The notes below the pieces were generated by a model, which was not told the origin of the DNA, ran no database searches, and was given only the letters and a program-made list of their open reading frames with translations. From the NCBI RefSeq assembly GCF_963921235.1, contig NC_086097.1, positions 28,274,001-28,338,000 of the forward strand: 64,000 nucleotides of DNA, read 5' to 3'. Within the stretch, counting starts at the first letter, position 1. Every line of letters begins with the position of its first letter. This stretch comes from Mobula hypostoma (taxonomy: Eukaryota). A program made the translations under genes and the position numbers. This document shows positions 1 through 15,000 of this stretch, piece after piece.

Positions 1-3000
1 CATCTCCAACCTCCACCTGTCTCCAACCTACTCCTGTCTCCAACCTCCTCCCAGCTCCAACCCTCCTCCCAGCTCCAACCCTTCTCCCCTCCAACCCTCC
101 TCTCATCTCCAACCCTCCTCCCGTCTCCAACCCTCCTCCCGTCTCCAACCTTCCTCCCATCTCCAACCCTCCTCCCCTCCAAACCTCCTCCCCTCCAACC
201 CTCCACCCGTCCAACCCTCCACCCGTCCAACCCTCCTCCCATCTCCAACCCTCCTCCCATCTCCAACCCTCCTCCCGTCAACCCTCCTCCTGTCTCCAAC
301 CCTCCTCCCCTCCAAACCTCCTCCCCTCCAAACCTCCACCCCTCCAAACCTCCTCCCATCTCCAACCCTCTTCCCATCTCCATCCTCCTCCCATCTCCAA
401 CCCTCCTCCGATCTCCAACACTTCTCTTGTCTCCAACTCTACTCCCGTCTCCAACCCTCCTCCCGTCTCCAACCTTCCTCCCATCTCCAACCCTCCTCCC
501 CTCCAAACCTCCTCCCCTCCAACTCTCCACCCGTCCAACCCTCCACCCGTCCAACCCTCCTCCCATCTCCAACCCTCCTCCCATCTCCAACCCTCCTCCC
601 GTCAACCCTCCTCCTGTCTCCAACCCTCCTCCCCTCCAAACCTCCTCCCCTCCAAACCTCCACCCCTCCAAACCTCCTCCCATCTCCAACCCTCTTCCCA
701 TCTCCATCCTCCTCCCAGCTCCAACACTCCTCCCATCTCCAACCCTCCTCCGATCTCCAACACTTCTCTTGTCTCCAACTCTACTCCCGTCTCCAACCCT
801 CCTCCCGTCTCCAACCCTCCTCCCATCTCCAACCCTCCTCCCATCTCCAACCCTCCTCCGATCTCCAACACTTCTCCCGTCTCCAACTCTACTCCCATCT
901 CCAACCCTCCTCCGATCTCCGACACTTCTACCGTCTCCAACTCTACTCCCATCTCCAACCCTCCTCCCATCTCCAACCCTCCTCCCGTCTCCAACCCTCC
1001 TCCCATCTCTAACCCTCCTCGTCTCCAACCGTCCTCCCATCTCCAACCCTCCTCCCCTCCAACTCTACTCCCATCTCCAACCCTCCTCCCGTCTCCAACC
1101 CTCCTCCTGTCTCCAACCCTCCTCCCATCTACAACCCACCTCCCCTCCAACCTTCAACCCCTCCAACCCTCCTCCCCTCTAACCCTGCACCCCTCCATCC
1201 TCCTCCCATCTCCAACCCTCCTCCCGTCTCCAACCCTCCTCCCGTCTCCAACCCTCCTCCCATCTCTAACCCTCCTCGTCTCCAACCGTCCTCCCATCTC
1301 CAACCCTCCTCCCCTCCAACTCTACTCCCATCTCCAACCCTCCTCCCATCTCCAACCCTCCTCCCGTCTCCAACCCTCCTCCCATCTCTAACCCTCCTCG
1401 TCTCCAACCGTCCTCCCATCTCCAACCCTCCTCCCCTCCAACTCTACTCCCATCTCCAACCCTCCTCCCGTCTCCAACCCTCCTCCTGTCTCCAACCCTC
1501 CTCCCATCTACAACCCACCTCCCCTCCAACCTTCAACCCCTCCAACCCTCCTCCCCTCTAACCCTGCACCCCTCCATCCTCCTCCCATCTCCAACCCTCC
1601 TCCCGTCTCCAACCCTCCTCCCCTCCAAACCTCCTCCCCTCCAACCCTCCACCTCTCCAAACCTCCACCCCTCCAAACCTCCTCCCATCTCCAACCCTCT
1701 TCCCATCTCCATCCTCCTCCCAGCTCCAACATTCCTCCCATCTCCAACCCTCCTCTCGTCTCCAACCCTTCTCCCGTCTCCAACCCTCCTCCCGTCTCCA
1801 ACCCTCCTCGTCTCCAACCCTCCTCCCATCTCCAACCCTCCTCCGATCTCCAACACTTCTCCCGTCTCCAACTCTACTCCCATCTCCAACCCTCCTCCCG
1901 TGCCAACCCTCCTCCCATCTCTAACCCTCCTCGTCTCCAGCCCTCCTGCCATCTCCAACCCTCCTCCCCTCCAACCCTTCTCCCAGCTCCAACCCTCCTC
2001 CCATCTCTAACCTTCCTCGTCTCCAACCCTCCTCCCATCTCCAACCCTCCTCCGATCTCCAACACTTCTCCCGTCTCCAACTCTACTCCCATCTCCAACC
2101 CTCCTCCAGTCTCCAACCCTCCTCTCCTCCAAACCTCCACCCCTCCAACCCTCTTCCCATTTCCATCCTCCTCCCAGCTCCAACACTTCTCCCATCTCCA
2201 ACACTCCTCCCATCTCCAACACTCCTCCCATCTCCAACACTTCTCCCATCTCCAACTCTTCTCCCATCTCCAACCCTCCTCCCGTCTCCAACCCTCCTCT
2301 TGACCCCAACCCCCGTCTCAGCTCCAACCCTCCTCGCCTACAACGCTCCTCCCATCTCCAACCTCCTAGCCTCCAACCCTCCTCCCATCTCCAACCCTCC
2401 TCCCCTCCAACCCTTCTCCCAGCTCCAACCCTCCTCCCCAAACCTCCTCCCATCTACAACCCTCCTCCCCTCCAACCTTCAACCCCTCCAACCCTCCTCC
2501 ACTCTAACCCTGCACCCCTCCATCCTCCTCCCATCTCCAACCCTCCTCCCAGCTCCAACCCTCCTCGCCTCCAACTCTCCTCCCATCTCCAACCCTCCTC
2601 CCGTCTCCAACCCTCCTCCCGTCTCCAACCCTCCTCCCATCTCCAACCTTCCTCCCATCTCCAACACTCCTCCCGTCAACCCTCCTCCCGTCTCCAACCC
2701 TCCTCCCCTCCAAACCTCCTCCCCTCCTAACCTCCTCCCCTCCAACCCTCCACCCCTCCAACCCTCCTCCCATCTCCAACCCTCCTCCCGTCAACCCTCC
2801 TCCCGTCTCCACCCTCCTCCTGTCTCCACCCTCCTCCCGTCTTCACCCTCCTCCCATCTCCAACCTCCACCTGTCTCCAACCTACTCCTGTCTCCAACCT
2901 CCTCCCAGCTCCAACCCTCCTCCCAGCTCCAACCCTTCTCCCCTCCAACCCTCCTCTCATCTCCAACCCTCCTCCCGTCTCCAACCCTCCTCCCGTCTCC

Positions 3001-6000
3001 AAACTTCCTCCCATCTCCAACCCTCCTCCCCTCCAAACCTCCTCCCCTCCAACCCTCCACCCGTCCAACCCTCCACCCGTCCAACCCTCCTCCCATCTCC
3101 AACCCTCCTCCCATCTCCAACCCTCCTCCCGTCAACCCTCCTCCTGTCTCCAACCCTCCTCCCCTCCAAACCTCCTCCCCTCCAAACCTCCACCCCTCCA
3201 AACCTCCTCCCATCTCCAACCCTCTTCCCATCTCCATCCTCCTCCCAGCTCCAACACTCCTCCCATCTCCAACCCTCCTCCGATCTCCAACACTTCTCCT
3301 GTCTCCAACTCTACTCCCGTCTGCAACCCTCCTCCCGTCTCCAACCTTCCTCCCATCTCCAACCCTCCTCCCCTCCAAACCTCCTCCCCTCCAACCCTCC
3401 ACCCGTCCAACCCTCCACCCGTCCAACCCTCCTCCCATCTCCAACCCTCCTCCCATCTCCAACCCTCCTCCCGTCAACCCTCCTCCTGTCTCCAACCCTC
3501 CTCCCCTCCAAACCTCCTCCCCTCCAAACCTCCACCCCTCCAAACCTCCTCCCATCTCCAACCCTCTTCCCATCTCCATCCTCCTCCCAGCTCCAACACT
3601 CCTCCCATCTCCAACCCTCCTCCGATCTCCAACACTTCTCTTGTCTCCAACTCTACTCCCGTCTCCAACCCTCCTCCCGTCTCCAACCCTCCTCCCATCT
3701 CCAACCCTCCTCCCATCTCCAACCCTCCTGCGATCTCCAACACTTCTCCCGTCTCCAACTCTACTCCCATCTCCAACCCTCCTCCGATCTCCGACACTTC
3801 TACCGTCTCCAACTCTACTCCCATCTCCAACCCTCCTCCCATCTCCAACCCTCCTCCCATCTCTAACCCTCCTCGTCTCCAACCGTCCTCCCATCTCCAA
3901 CCCTCCTCCCCTCCAACTCTACTCCCATCTCCAACCCTCCTCCCGTCTCCAACCCTCCTCCTGTCTCCAACCCTCCTCCCCAACCCTCCTCCCATCTACA
4001 ACCCACCTCCCCTCCAACCTTCAACCCCTCCAACCCTCCTCCCCTCTAACCCTGCACCCCTCCATCCTCCTCCCATCTCCAACCCTCCTCCCATCTCCAA
4101 CCCTCCTCCGATCTCCAACACTTCTCCCGTCTCCAACTCTACTCCCATCTCCAACCCTCCTCCCATCTCCAACCCTCCTCCCGTCTCCAACCCTCCTCCC
4201 ATCTCTAACCCTCCTCATCTCCAACCGTCCTCCCATCTCCAACCCTCCTCCCCTCCAACCCTTCTCCCAGCTCCAACCCTCCTCCCCAACCCTCCTCCCA
4301 TCTCCAACCCTCCTCCTCTCCAACCTTCAACCCCTCCAACCCTCCTCCCCTCTAACCCTGCACCCCTCCATCATCCTCCCATCTCCAACCCTCCTCCCGT
4401 GTCCAACCCTCCTCCCGTCTCCAAACTTCCTCCCATCTCCAACCCTCCTCCCCTCCAAACCTCCTCCCCTCCAACCCTCCACCCGTCCAACCCTCCACCC
4501 GTCCAACCCTCCTCCCATCTCCAACCCTCCTCCCATCTCCAACCCTCCTCCCGTCAACCCTCCTCCTGTCTCCAACCCTCCTCCCCTCCAAACCTCCTCC
4601 CCTCCAAACCTCCACCCCTCCAAACCTCCTCCCATCTCCAACCCTCTTCCCATCTCCATCCTCCTCCCAGCTCCAACACTCCTCCCATCTCCAACCCTCC
4701 TCCGATCTCCAACACTTCTCCTGTCTCCAACTCTACTCCCGTCTCCAACCCTCCTCCCGTCTCCAACCTTCCTCCCATCTCCAACCCTCCTCCCCTCCAA
4801 ACCTCCTCCCCTCCAACCCTCCACCCGTCCAACCCTCCACCCGTCCAACCCTCCTCCCATCTCCAACCCTCCTCCCATCTCCAACCCTCCTCCCGTCAAC
4901 CCTCCTCCTGTCTCCAACCCTCCTCCCCTCCAAACCTCCTCCCCCCCAATCCTCCTCCCCTCCAAACCTCCTCCCATCTCCAACCCTCTTCCCATCTCCA
5001 TCCTCCTCCCAGCTCCAACACTCCTCCCATCTCCAACCCTCCTCCGATCTCCAACACTTCTCTTGTCTCCAACTCTACTCCCGTCTCCAACCCTCCTCCC
5101 GTCTCCAACCCTCCTCCCATCTCCAACCCTCCTGCGATCTCCAACACTTCTCCCGTCTCCAACTCTACTTCCATCTCCAACCCTCCTCCGATCTCCGACA
5201 CTTCTACCGTCTCCAACTCTACTCCCATCTCCAACCCTCCTCCCATCTCCAACCCTCCTCCCATCTCTAACCCTCCTCGTCTCCAACCGTCCTCCCATCT
5301 CCAACCCTCCTCCCCTCCAACTCTACTCCCATCTCCAACCCTCCTCCCGTCTCCAACCCTCCTCCTGTCTCCAACCCTCCTCCCCAACCCTCCTCCCATC
5401 TACAACCCACCTCCCCTCCAACCTTCAACCCCTCCAACCCTCCTCCCCTCTAACCCTGCACCCCTCCATCCTCCTCCCATCTCCAACCCTCCTCCCATCT
5501 CCAACCCTCCTCCGATCTCCAACACTTCTCCCGTCTCCAACTCTACTCCCATCTCCAACCCTCCTCCCATCTCCAACCCTCCTCCCGTCTCCAACCCTCC
5601 TCCCATCTCTAACCCTCCTCGTCTCCAACCGTCCTCCCATCTCCAACCCTCCTCCCCTCCAACCCTTCTCCCAGCTCCAACCCTCCTCCCCAACCCTCCT
5701 CCCATCTCCAACCCTCCTCCTCTCCAACCTTCAACCCCTCCAACCCTCCTCCCCTCTAACCCTGCACCCCTCCATCATCCTCCCATCTCCAACCCTCCTC
5801 CCGTGTCCAACCCTCCTCCCCTCCAAACCTCCTCCCCTCCAACCCTCCACCTCTCCAAACCTCCACCCCTCCTCCCATCTCCAACCCTCTTCCCATCTCC
5901 ATCCTCCTCCCAGCTCCAACACTCCTCCCGTCTCCAACCCTCCTCCCATCTCCAACCCTCCTCCGATCTCCAACACTTCTCCCGTCTCCAACTCTACTCC

Positions 6001-9000
6001 CATCTCCAACCCTCCTCCCATCTCCAACCCTCCTCCCGTCTCCAACCCTCCTCCCATCTCTAACCCTCCTCGTCTCCAACCGTCCTCCCATCTCCAACCC
6101 TCCTCCCCTCCAACACTTCTCCCAGCTCCAACCCTCCTCCCCAACCCTCCTCCCATCTCCAACCCTCCTCCTCTCCAACCTTCAACCCCTCCAACCCTCC
6201 TCCCCTCTAACCCTGCACCCCTCCATCATCCTCCCATCTCCAACCCTCCTCCCAGCTCCAACCCTCCTCGCCTCCAACCCTCCTCCCATCTCCAACCCTC
6301 CTCCCATCTCCAACCGTCCTCCCGTCTCCACCCTCCTCCCGTCTTCACCCTCCTCCCATCTCCAACCTCCACCCGTCTCCCACCTACTCCTGTCTCCAAC
6401 CTCCTCCCAGCTCCAACCCTCCTCCCAGCTCCAATCCTTCTCCCCTCCAACCCTCCTCTCATCTCCAACCCTCCTCCCGTCTCCAACCCTCCTCCCGTCT
6501 CCAACTTTCCTCCCATCTCCAACCCTCCTCCCGTCTCCAACCCTCCTCGTCCAAATCTTCTCCCCTCCAACCCTCCTCCCGTCTCCAACCCTCCTCCCGT
6601 TAACCCTCCTCCAGTCTCCAACCTTCCTTCCGTCAACCCTCCTCCAGTCTCCAACCCTCCTCCCCTCCAAACTTCCACCCCTCCAACTCTCCTCCCATCT
6701 CCAACCCTCTTCCCATCTCCATCCTCCTCCCAGCTCCAACACTTCTCCCATCTCCAACACTCCTCCCATCTCCAACACTCCTCCCATCTCCAACACTTCT
6801 CCCATCTCCAACTCTTCTCCCATCTCCAACCCTCCTCCCGTCTCCAACCCTCCTCTTGTCCCCAACCCCCGTCTCAGCTCCAACCCTCCTCGCCTACAAC
6901 GCTCCTCCCATCTCCAACCTCCTAGCCTCCAACCCTCCTCCCATCTCCAACCCTCCTAACCCTCCAACCCTTCTCCCAGCTCCAACCCTCCTCCCCAAAC
7001 CTCCTCCCATCTACAACCCTCCTCCCCTCCAACCTTCAACCCCTCCAACCCTCCTCCCCTCTAACCCTGCACCCCTCCATCCTCCTCCCATCTCCAACCC
7101 TCCTCCCAGCTCCAACCCTCCTCGCCTCCAACTCTCCTCCCATCTCCAACCCTCCGCCCATCTCCAACCCTCCCCTCAAACCTTCAACCCCTCCAACCCT
7201 CCTCCCGTCTCCACCCTCCTACCGTCTCCACCCTCCTCCCGTCTTCACCCTCCTCCCGTCTCCAACCTCCACCCGTCTCCAACCTACTCCTGTCTCCAAC
7301 CTCCTCCCAGCTCCAACCCTCCTCCCAGCTCCAACCCTTCTCCCCTCCAACCCTCCTCTCATCTCCAACCCTCCTCCCGTCTCCAACCCTCCACCTGTCT
7401 CCAACCTACTCCTGTCTCCAACCTCCTCCCAGCTCCAACCCTCCTCCCAGCTCCAACCCTTCTCCCCTCCAACCCTCCTCTCATCTCCAACTCTCTTCCC
7501 ATCTCCATCCTCCTCCCAGCTCCAACACTCCTCCCATCTCCAACCCTCCTCCGATCTCCAACACTTCTCCTGTCTCCAACTCTACTCCCGTCTTCAACCC
7601 TCCTCCCGTCTCCAACCCTCCTCCCATCTCCAACCCTCCTCCCATCTCTAACCCTCCTCGTCTCCAACCCTCCTCCCATCTCCAACCCTCCTCCGATCTC
7701 CAACACTTCTCCCGTCTCCAACTCTACTCCCATCTCCAACTCTTCTCCCATCTCCAACCCTCCTCCCGTCTCCAACCCTCCTCTTGTCCCCAACCCCCGT
7801 CTCAGCTCCAACCCTCCTCGCCTACAATGCTCCTCCCATCTCCAACCTCCTAGCCTCCAACCCTCCTCCCATCTCCAACCCTCCTCCCCTCCAACCCTTC
7901 TCCCAGCTCCAACCCTCCTCCCCAAACCTCCTCCCATCTACAACCCTCCTCCCCTCCAACCTTCAACCGCTCCAACCCTCCTCCCCTCTAATCCTGCACC
8001 CCTCCATCCTCCTCCCATCTCCAACCCTCCTCCCAGCTCCAACCCTCCTCGCCTCCAACTCTCCTCCCATCTCCAACCCTCCGCCCATCTCCAACCCTCC
8101 TCCCCTCAAACCTTCAACCCCTCCAACCCTCCTCCCATCTCCAACCCTCCTCCCGTCTCCACCCTCCTCCCGTCTCCACCCTCCTCCCGTCTTCACCCTC
8201 CTCCCATCTCCAACCTCCACCCGTCTCCAACCTACTCCTGTCTCCAACATCCTCCCAGCTCCAACCCTCCTCCCAGCTCCAACCCTTCTCCCCTCCAACC
8301 GTCCTCTCATCTCCAACCCTCCTCCCGTCTCCAACCCTCCTCCCGTCTCCAACCCTCCTCCCATCTCCAACCTTCCTCCCATCTCCAACACTCCTCCCGT
8401 CAACCCTCCTCCCGTCTCCAACCCTCCTCCCCTCCAAACCTCCTCCCCTCCAAACCTCCCCCCCTCCAACCCTCCACCCCTCCAACCCTCCTCCCATCTC
8501 CAACCCTCCTCCCGTCAACCCTCCTCCCGTCTCCACCCTCCTCCTGTCTCCACCCTCCTCCCGTCTTCACCCTCCTCCCATCTCCAACCTCCACCTGTCT
8601 CCAACCTACTCCTGTCTCCAACCTCCTCCCAGCTCCAACCCTCCTCCCAGCTCCAACCCTTCTCCCCTCCAACCCTCCTCTCATCTCCAACCCTCCTCCC
8701 ATCTCCAACCCTCCTCCCGTCAACCCTCCTCCTGTCTCCAACCCTCCTCCCCTCCAAACCTCCTCCCCTCCAAACCTCCACCCCTCCAAACCTCCTCCCA
8801 TCTCCAACCCTCTTCCCATCTCCATCCTCCTCCCAGCTCCAACACTCCTCCCATCTCCAACCCTCCTCCGATCTCCAACACTTCTCCTGTCTCCAACTCT
8901 ACTCCCGTCTCCAACCCTCCACCCGTCTCCAACCCTCCTCCCATCTCCAACCCTCCTCCCATCTCTAACCCTCCTCGTCTCCAACTCTACTCCCATCTCC

Positions 9001-12000
9001 AACCCTCCTCCCATCTCCAACCCTCCTCCCGTCTCCAACCCTCCTCCCATCTCTAACCCTCCTCGTCTCCAACCGTCCTCCCATCTCCAACCCTCCTCCC
9101 CTCCAACCCTTCTCCCAGCTCCAACCCTCCTCCCCAACCCTCCTCCCATCTCCAACCCTCCTCCCCTCTAACCCTGCACCCCTCCATCATCCTCCCATCT
9201 CCAACCCTCCTCCCAGCTCCAACCCTCCTCGCCTCCAACCCTCCTCCCATCTCCAACCCTCCTCCCATCTCCAACCTTCCTCCCATCTCCAACCGTCCTC
9301 CCGTCTCCACCCTCCTCCCGTCTTCACCCTCCTCCCATCTCGAACCTCCACCCGTCTCCCACCTACTTCTGTCTCCAACCTCCTCCCAGCTCCAACCCTC
9401 CTCCCAGCTCCAACCCTCCTCCCGTCTCCAACCCTCCTCCCGTCTCCAACCTTCCTCCCATCTCCAACCCTCCTCCCGTCTCCAACCCTCCTCGTCCAAA
9501 TCTTCTCCCCTTCAACCCTCCTCCCGTCTCCAACCCTCCTCCCGTTAACCCTCCTCCAGTCTCCAACCTTCCTTCCATCAACCCTCCTCCAGTCTCCAAC
9601 CCTCCTCCCCTCCAAACTTCCACCCCTCCAACCCTCCTCACATCTCCAACCCTCTTCCCATCTCCATCCTCCTCCCAGCTCCAACACTTCTCCCATCTCC
9701 AACACTCCTCCCATCTCCAACACTCCTCCCATCTCCAACACTTCTCCCATCTCCAACTCTTCTCCCATCTCCAACCCTCCTCCCGTCTCCAACCCTCCTC
9801 TTGTCCCCAACCCCCGTCTCAGCTCCAACCCTCCTCGCCTACAACGCTCCTCCCATCTCCAACCTCCTAGCCTCCAACCCTCCTCCCATCTCCAACCCTC
9901 CTCCCCTCCAACCCTTCTCCCAGCTCCAACCTTCCTCCCCAAACCTCCTCCCATCTACAACCCTCCTCCCCTCCAACCTTCAACCCCTCCAACCCTCCTC
10001 CCCTCTAACCCTGCACCCCTCCATCCTCCTCCCATCTCCAACCCTCCTCCCAGCTCCAACCCTCCTCGCCTCCAACTCTCCTCCCATCTCCAACCCTCCG
10101 CCCATCTCCAACCCTCCTCCCCTCAAACCTTCAACCCCTCCAACCCTCCTCCCGTCTCCACCCTCCTACCGTCTCCACCCTCCTCCCGTCTTCACCCTCC
10201 TCCCGTCTCCAACCTCCACCCATCTCCAACCTACTCCTGTCTCCAACCTCCTCCCAGCTCCAACCCTCCTCCCAGCTCCAACCCTTCTCCCCTCCAACCC
10301 TCCTCTCATCTCCAACCCTCCTCCCGTCTCCAACCCTCCTCCCGTCTCCAACCCTCCTCCCCTCCAACCTTCAACCCCTCCAACCCTCCTCCCCTCTAAC
10401 CCTGCACCCCTCCATCCTCCTCCCATCTCCAACCCTCCTCCCAGCTCCAACCCTCCTCGCCTCCAACTCTCCTCCCATCTCCAACTCTCCGCCCATCTCC
10501 AACCCTCCTCCCCTCAAACCTTCAACCCCTCCAACCCTCCTCCCATCTCCAACCCTCCTCCCGTCTTCACCCTCCTCCCATCTCCAACCTCCACCCGTCT
10601 CCAACCTACTCCTGTCTCCAACATCCTCCCAGCTCCAACCCTCCTCCCAGCTCCAACCCTTCTCCCCTCCAACCCTCCTCTCATCTCCAACCCTCCTCCC
10701 GTCTCCAACCCTCCTCCCGTCTCCAACCCTCCTCCCGTCTCCAACCCTCCTCCCATCTCCAACCTTCCTCCCATCTCCAACACTCCTCCCGTCAACCCTC
10801 CTCCCGTCTCCAACCCTCCTGCCCTCCAAACCTCCTCCCCTCCAAACCTCCTCCCCTCCAACCCTCCACCCCTCCAACCCTCCTCCCATCTCCAACCCTC
10901 CTCCCGTCAACCCTCCTCCCGTCTCCACCCTCCTCCTGTCTCCAACCCTCCTCCCCTCCAAACCTCCTCCCCTCCAAACCTCCACCCCTCCAAACCTCCT
11001 CCCATCTCCAACCCTCTTCCCATCTCCATCCTCCTCCCAGCTCCAACACTCCTCCCATCTCCAACCCTCCTCCGATCTCCAACACTTCTCCTGTCTCCAA
11101 CTCTACTCCCGTCTCCAACCCTCCACCCGTCTCCAACCCTCCTCCCATCTCCAACCCTCCTCCCATCTCTAACCCTCCTCGTCTCCAACTCTACTCCCAT
11201 CTCCAACCCTCCTCCCATCTCCAACCCTCCTCCCGTCTCCAACCCTCCTCCCATCTCTAACCCTCCTCGTCTCCAACCGTCCTCCCATCTCCAACCCTCC
11301 TCCCCTCCAACCCTTCTCCCAGCTCCAACCCTCCTCCCCAACCCTCCTCCCATCTCCAACCCTCCTCCCCTCTAACCCTGCACCCCTCCATCATCCTCCC
11401 ATCTCCAACCCTCCTCCCAGCTCCAACCCTCATCGCCTCCAACCCTCCTCCCATCTCCAACCCTCCTCCCATCTCCAACCCTCCTCCCATCTCCAACCGT
11501 CCTCCCGTCTCCACCCTCCTCCCGTCTTCACCCTCCTCCCATCTCGAACCTCCACCCGTCTCCCACCTACTTCTGTCTCCAACCTCCTCCCAGCTCCAAC
11601 CCTCCTCCCAGCTCCAACCCTCCTCCCGTCTCCAACCCTCCTCCCGTCTCCAACCTTCCTCCCATCTCCAACCCTCCTCCCGTCTCCAACCCTCCTCGTC
11701 CAAATCTTCTCCCCTTCAACCCTCCTCCCGTCTCCAACCCTCCTCCCGTTAACCCTCCTCCAGTCTCCAACCTTCCTTCCATCAACCCTCCTCCAGTCTC
11801 CAACCCTCCTCCCCTCCAAACTTCCACCCCTCCAACCCTCCTCACATCTCCAACCCTCTTCCCATCTCCATCCTCCTCCCAGCTCCAACACTTCTCCCAT
11901 CTCCAACACTCCTCCCATCTCCAACACTCCTCCCATCTCCAACACTTCTCCCATCTCCAACTCTTCTCCCATCTCCAACCCTCCTCCCGTCTCCAACCCT

Positions 12001-15000
12001 CCTCTTGTCCCCAACCCCCATCTCAGCTCCAACTCTCCTCGCCTACAACGCTCCTCCCATCTCCAACCTCCTAGCCTCCAACCCTCCTCCCATCTCCAAC
12101 CCTCCTCCCCTCCAACCCTTCTCCCAGCTCCAACCTTCCTCCCCAAACCTCCTCCCATCTACAACCCTCCTCCCCTCCAACCTTCAACCCCTCCAACCCT
12201 CCTCCCCTCTAACCCTGCACCCCTCCATCCTCCTCCCATCTCCAACCCTCCTCCCAGCTCCAACCCTCCTCGCCTCCAACTCTCCTCCCATCTCCAACCC
12301 TCCGCCCATCTCCAACCCTCCTACCCTCAAACCTTCAACCCCTCCAACCCTCCTCCCGTCTCCACCCTCCTACCGTCTCCACCCTCCTCCCGTCTTCACC
12401 CTCCTCCCGTCTCCAACCTCCACCCATCTCCAACCTACTCCTGTCTCCAACCTCCTCCCAGCTCCAACCCTCCTCCCAGCTCCAACCCTTCTCCCCTCCA
12501 ACCCTCCTCTCATCTCCAACCCTCCTCCCGTCTCCAACCCTCCTCCCGTCTCCAACCCTCCTCCCCTCCAACCTTCAACCCCTCCAACCCTCCTCCCCTC
12601 TAACCCTGCACCCCTCCATCCTCCTCCCATCTCCAACCCTCCTCCCAGCTCCAACCCTCCTCGCCTCCAACTCTCCTCCCATCTCCAACTCTCCGCCCAT
12701 CTCCAACCCTCCTCCCCTCAAACCTTCAACCCCTCCAACCCTCCTCCCATCTCCAACCCTCCTCCCGTCTTCACCCTCCTCCCATCTCCAACCTCCACCC
12801 GTCTCCAACCTACTCCTGTCTCCAACATCCTCCCAGCTCCAACCCTCCTCCCAGCTCCAACCCTTCTCCCCTCCAACCCTCCTCTCATCTCCAACCCTCC
12901 TCCCGTCTCCAACCCTCCTCCCATCTCCAACCTTCCTCCCATCTCCAACACTCCTCCCGTCAACCCTCCTCCCGTCTCCAACCCTCCTGCCCTCCAAACC
13001 GCCTCCCCTCCAAACCTCCTCCCCTCCAACCCTCCACCCCTCCAACCCTCCTCCCATCTCCAACCCTCCTCCCGTCAACCCTCCTCCCGTCTCCACCCTC
13101 CTCCTGTCTCCACCCTCCTCCCATCTTCACCCTCCTCCCATCTCCAACCTCCACCTGTCTCCAACCTACTCCTGTCTCCAACCTCCTCCCAGCTCCAACC
13201 CTCCTCCCAGCTCCAACCCTTCTCCCCTCCAACCCTCCTCTCATCTCCAACCCTCTTCCCATCTCCATCCTCCTCCCAGCTCCAACACTCCTCCCCTCTC
13301 CAACCCTCCTCCGATCTCCAACACTTCTCCTGTCTCCAACTCTACTCCCGTCTCCAACCCTCCTCCCGTCTCCAACCCTCCTCCCATCTCCAACCCTCCT
13401 CCCATCTCTAACCCTCCTCGTCTCCAACCCTCCTCCCATCTCCAACCCTCCTCCGATCTCCAACACTTCTCCCGTCTCCAACTCTACTCCCATCTCCAAC
13501 CCTCCTCCGATCTCCGACACTTCTACCGTCTCCAACTCTACTCCCATCTCCAACCCTCCTCCCATCTCCAACCCTCCTCCCGTCTCCAACCCTCCTCCCA
13601 TCTCTAACCCTCCTCGTCTCCAACCGTCCTCCCATCTCCAACCCTCCTCCCCTCCAACCCTTCTCCCAGCTCCAACCCTCCTCCCCAACCCTCCTCCCAT
13701 CTCCAACCCTCCTCCCCTCCAACCTTCAACCCCTCCAACCCTCCTCCCCTCTAACCCTGCACCCCTCCATCATCCTCCCATCTCCAACCCTCCTCCCAGC
13801 TCCAACCCTCCTCGCCTCCAACCCTCCTCCCATCTCCAGCCCTCCTCCCATCTCTAACCCTCCTCGTCTCCAACCCTCCTCCCATCTCCAACCCTCCTCC
13901 CCTCCAACCCTTCTCCCAGCTCCAACCCTCCTCCCCAACCCTCCTCCCATCTCCAACCCTCCTCCCCTCCAACCTTCAACCCCTCCAACCCTCCTCCCCT
14001 CTAACCCTGCACCCCTCCATCATCCTCCCATCTCCAACCCTCCTCCCATCTCCAACCCTCCGCCCATCTCCAACCCTCCTCCCCTCAAACCTTCAACCCC
14101 TCCAACCCTCCTCCCATCTCCAACCGTCCTCCCGTCTCCACCCTCCTCCCGTCTTCACCCTCCTCCCATCTCCAACCTCCACCCGTCTCCAACCTACTCC
14201 TGTCTCCAACCTCCTCCCATCTCCAACCCTCCTCCCAGCTCCAACCCTTCTCCCCTCCAACCCTCCTCTCATCTCCAACCCTCCTCCCGTCTCCAACCCT
14301 CCTCCCGTCTCCAACCTTCCTCCCATCTGCAACCCTCCTCCCATCTCCAACCCTCCTCGTCCAAACCTTCTCCCCTCCAACCCTCCTCCCGTCTCCAACC
14401 CTCCTCCCGTTAACCCTCCTCCAGTCTCCAACCTTCCTCCCGTCAACCCTCCTCCAGTCTCCAACCCTCCTCCCCTCCAAACCTCCACCCCTCCAACCCT
14501 CCTCCCATCTCCAACCCTCTTCCCATCTCCATCCTCCTCCCAGCTCCAACACTTCTCCCATCTCCAACACTCCTCCCATCTCCAACACTCCTCCCATCTC
14601 CAACCTCCTCTTGTCCCCAACCCTCCTCCCATCTCCAACCCTCCTCCCGTCTCCAACCTCCTCTCATCTCCAACCCTCCTCCTTTCCAACCCCCCTCTCA
14701 GCTCCAACCCTCCTCGCCTACAACGCTCCTCCCATCTCCATCCTCCTAGCCTCCAACCCTCCTCCCATCTCCAACCCTCTTCCCATCTCCAACCCTCCTC
14801 CCCTCCAACCCTTCTCCCAGCTCCCACCCTCCTCCCCAACCCTCCTCCCATCTCCAGCCCTCCTTCCCTCAAACCTTCAACCCCTCCAACCCTCCTTCCC
14901 TCCAACCCTGCACTCATCTCCATCCTCCTCCCATCTCTAACCCTCCTCCCATCTCCACCCTCCTCCCGTCTCCATCCTCCTCCTATCTCCAACCTCCTCC

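Noticed and set aside
2300..13411. Very long Pro/Ser-rich ORFs (up to 1541 aa) resembling mucin or extensin, and Gly-rich minus ORFs
   Set aside because: They are by-products of a stop-poor 18-bp satellite. Single ORFs drift among all three unit frames (SPTLLP, ISNPPP, LQPSSH), mostly start at TTG, and have no signal peptide or unique domain.
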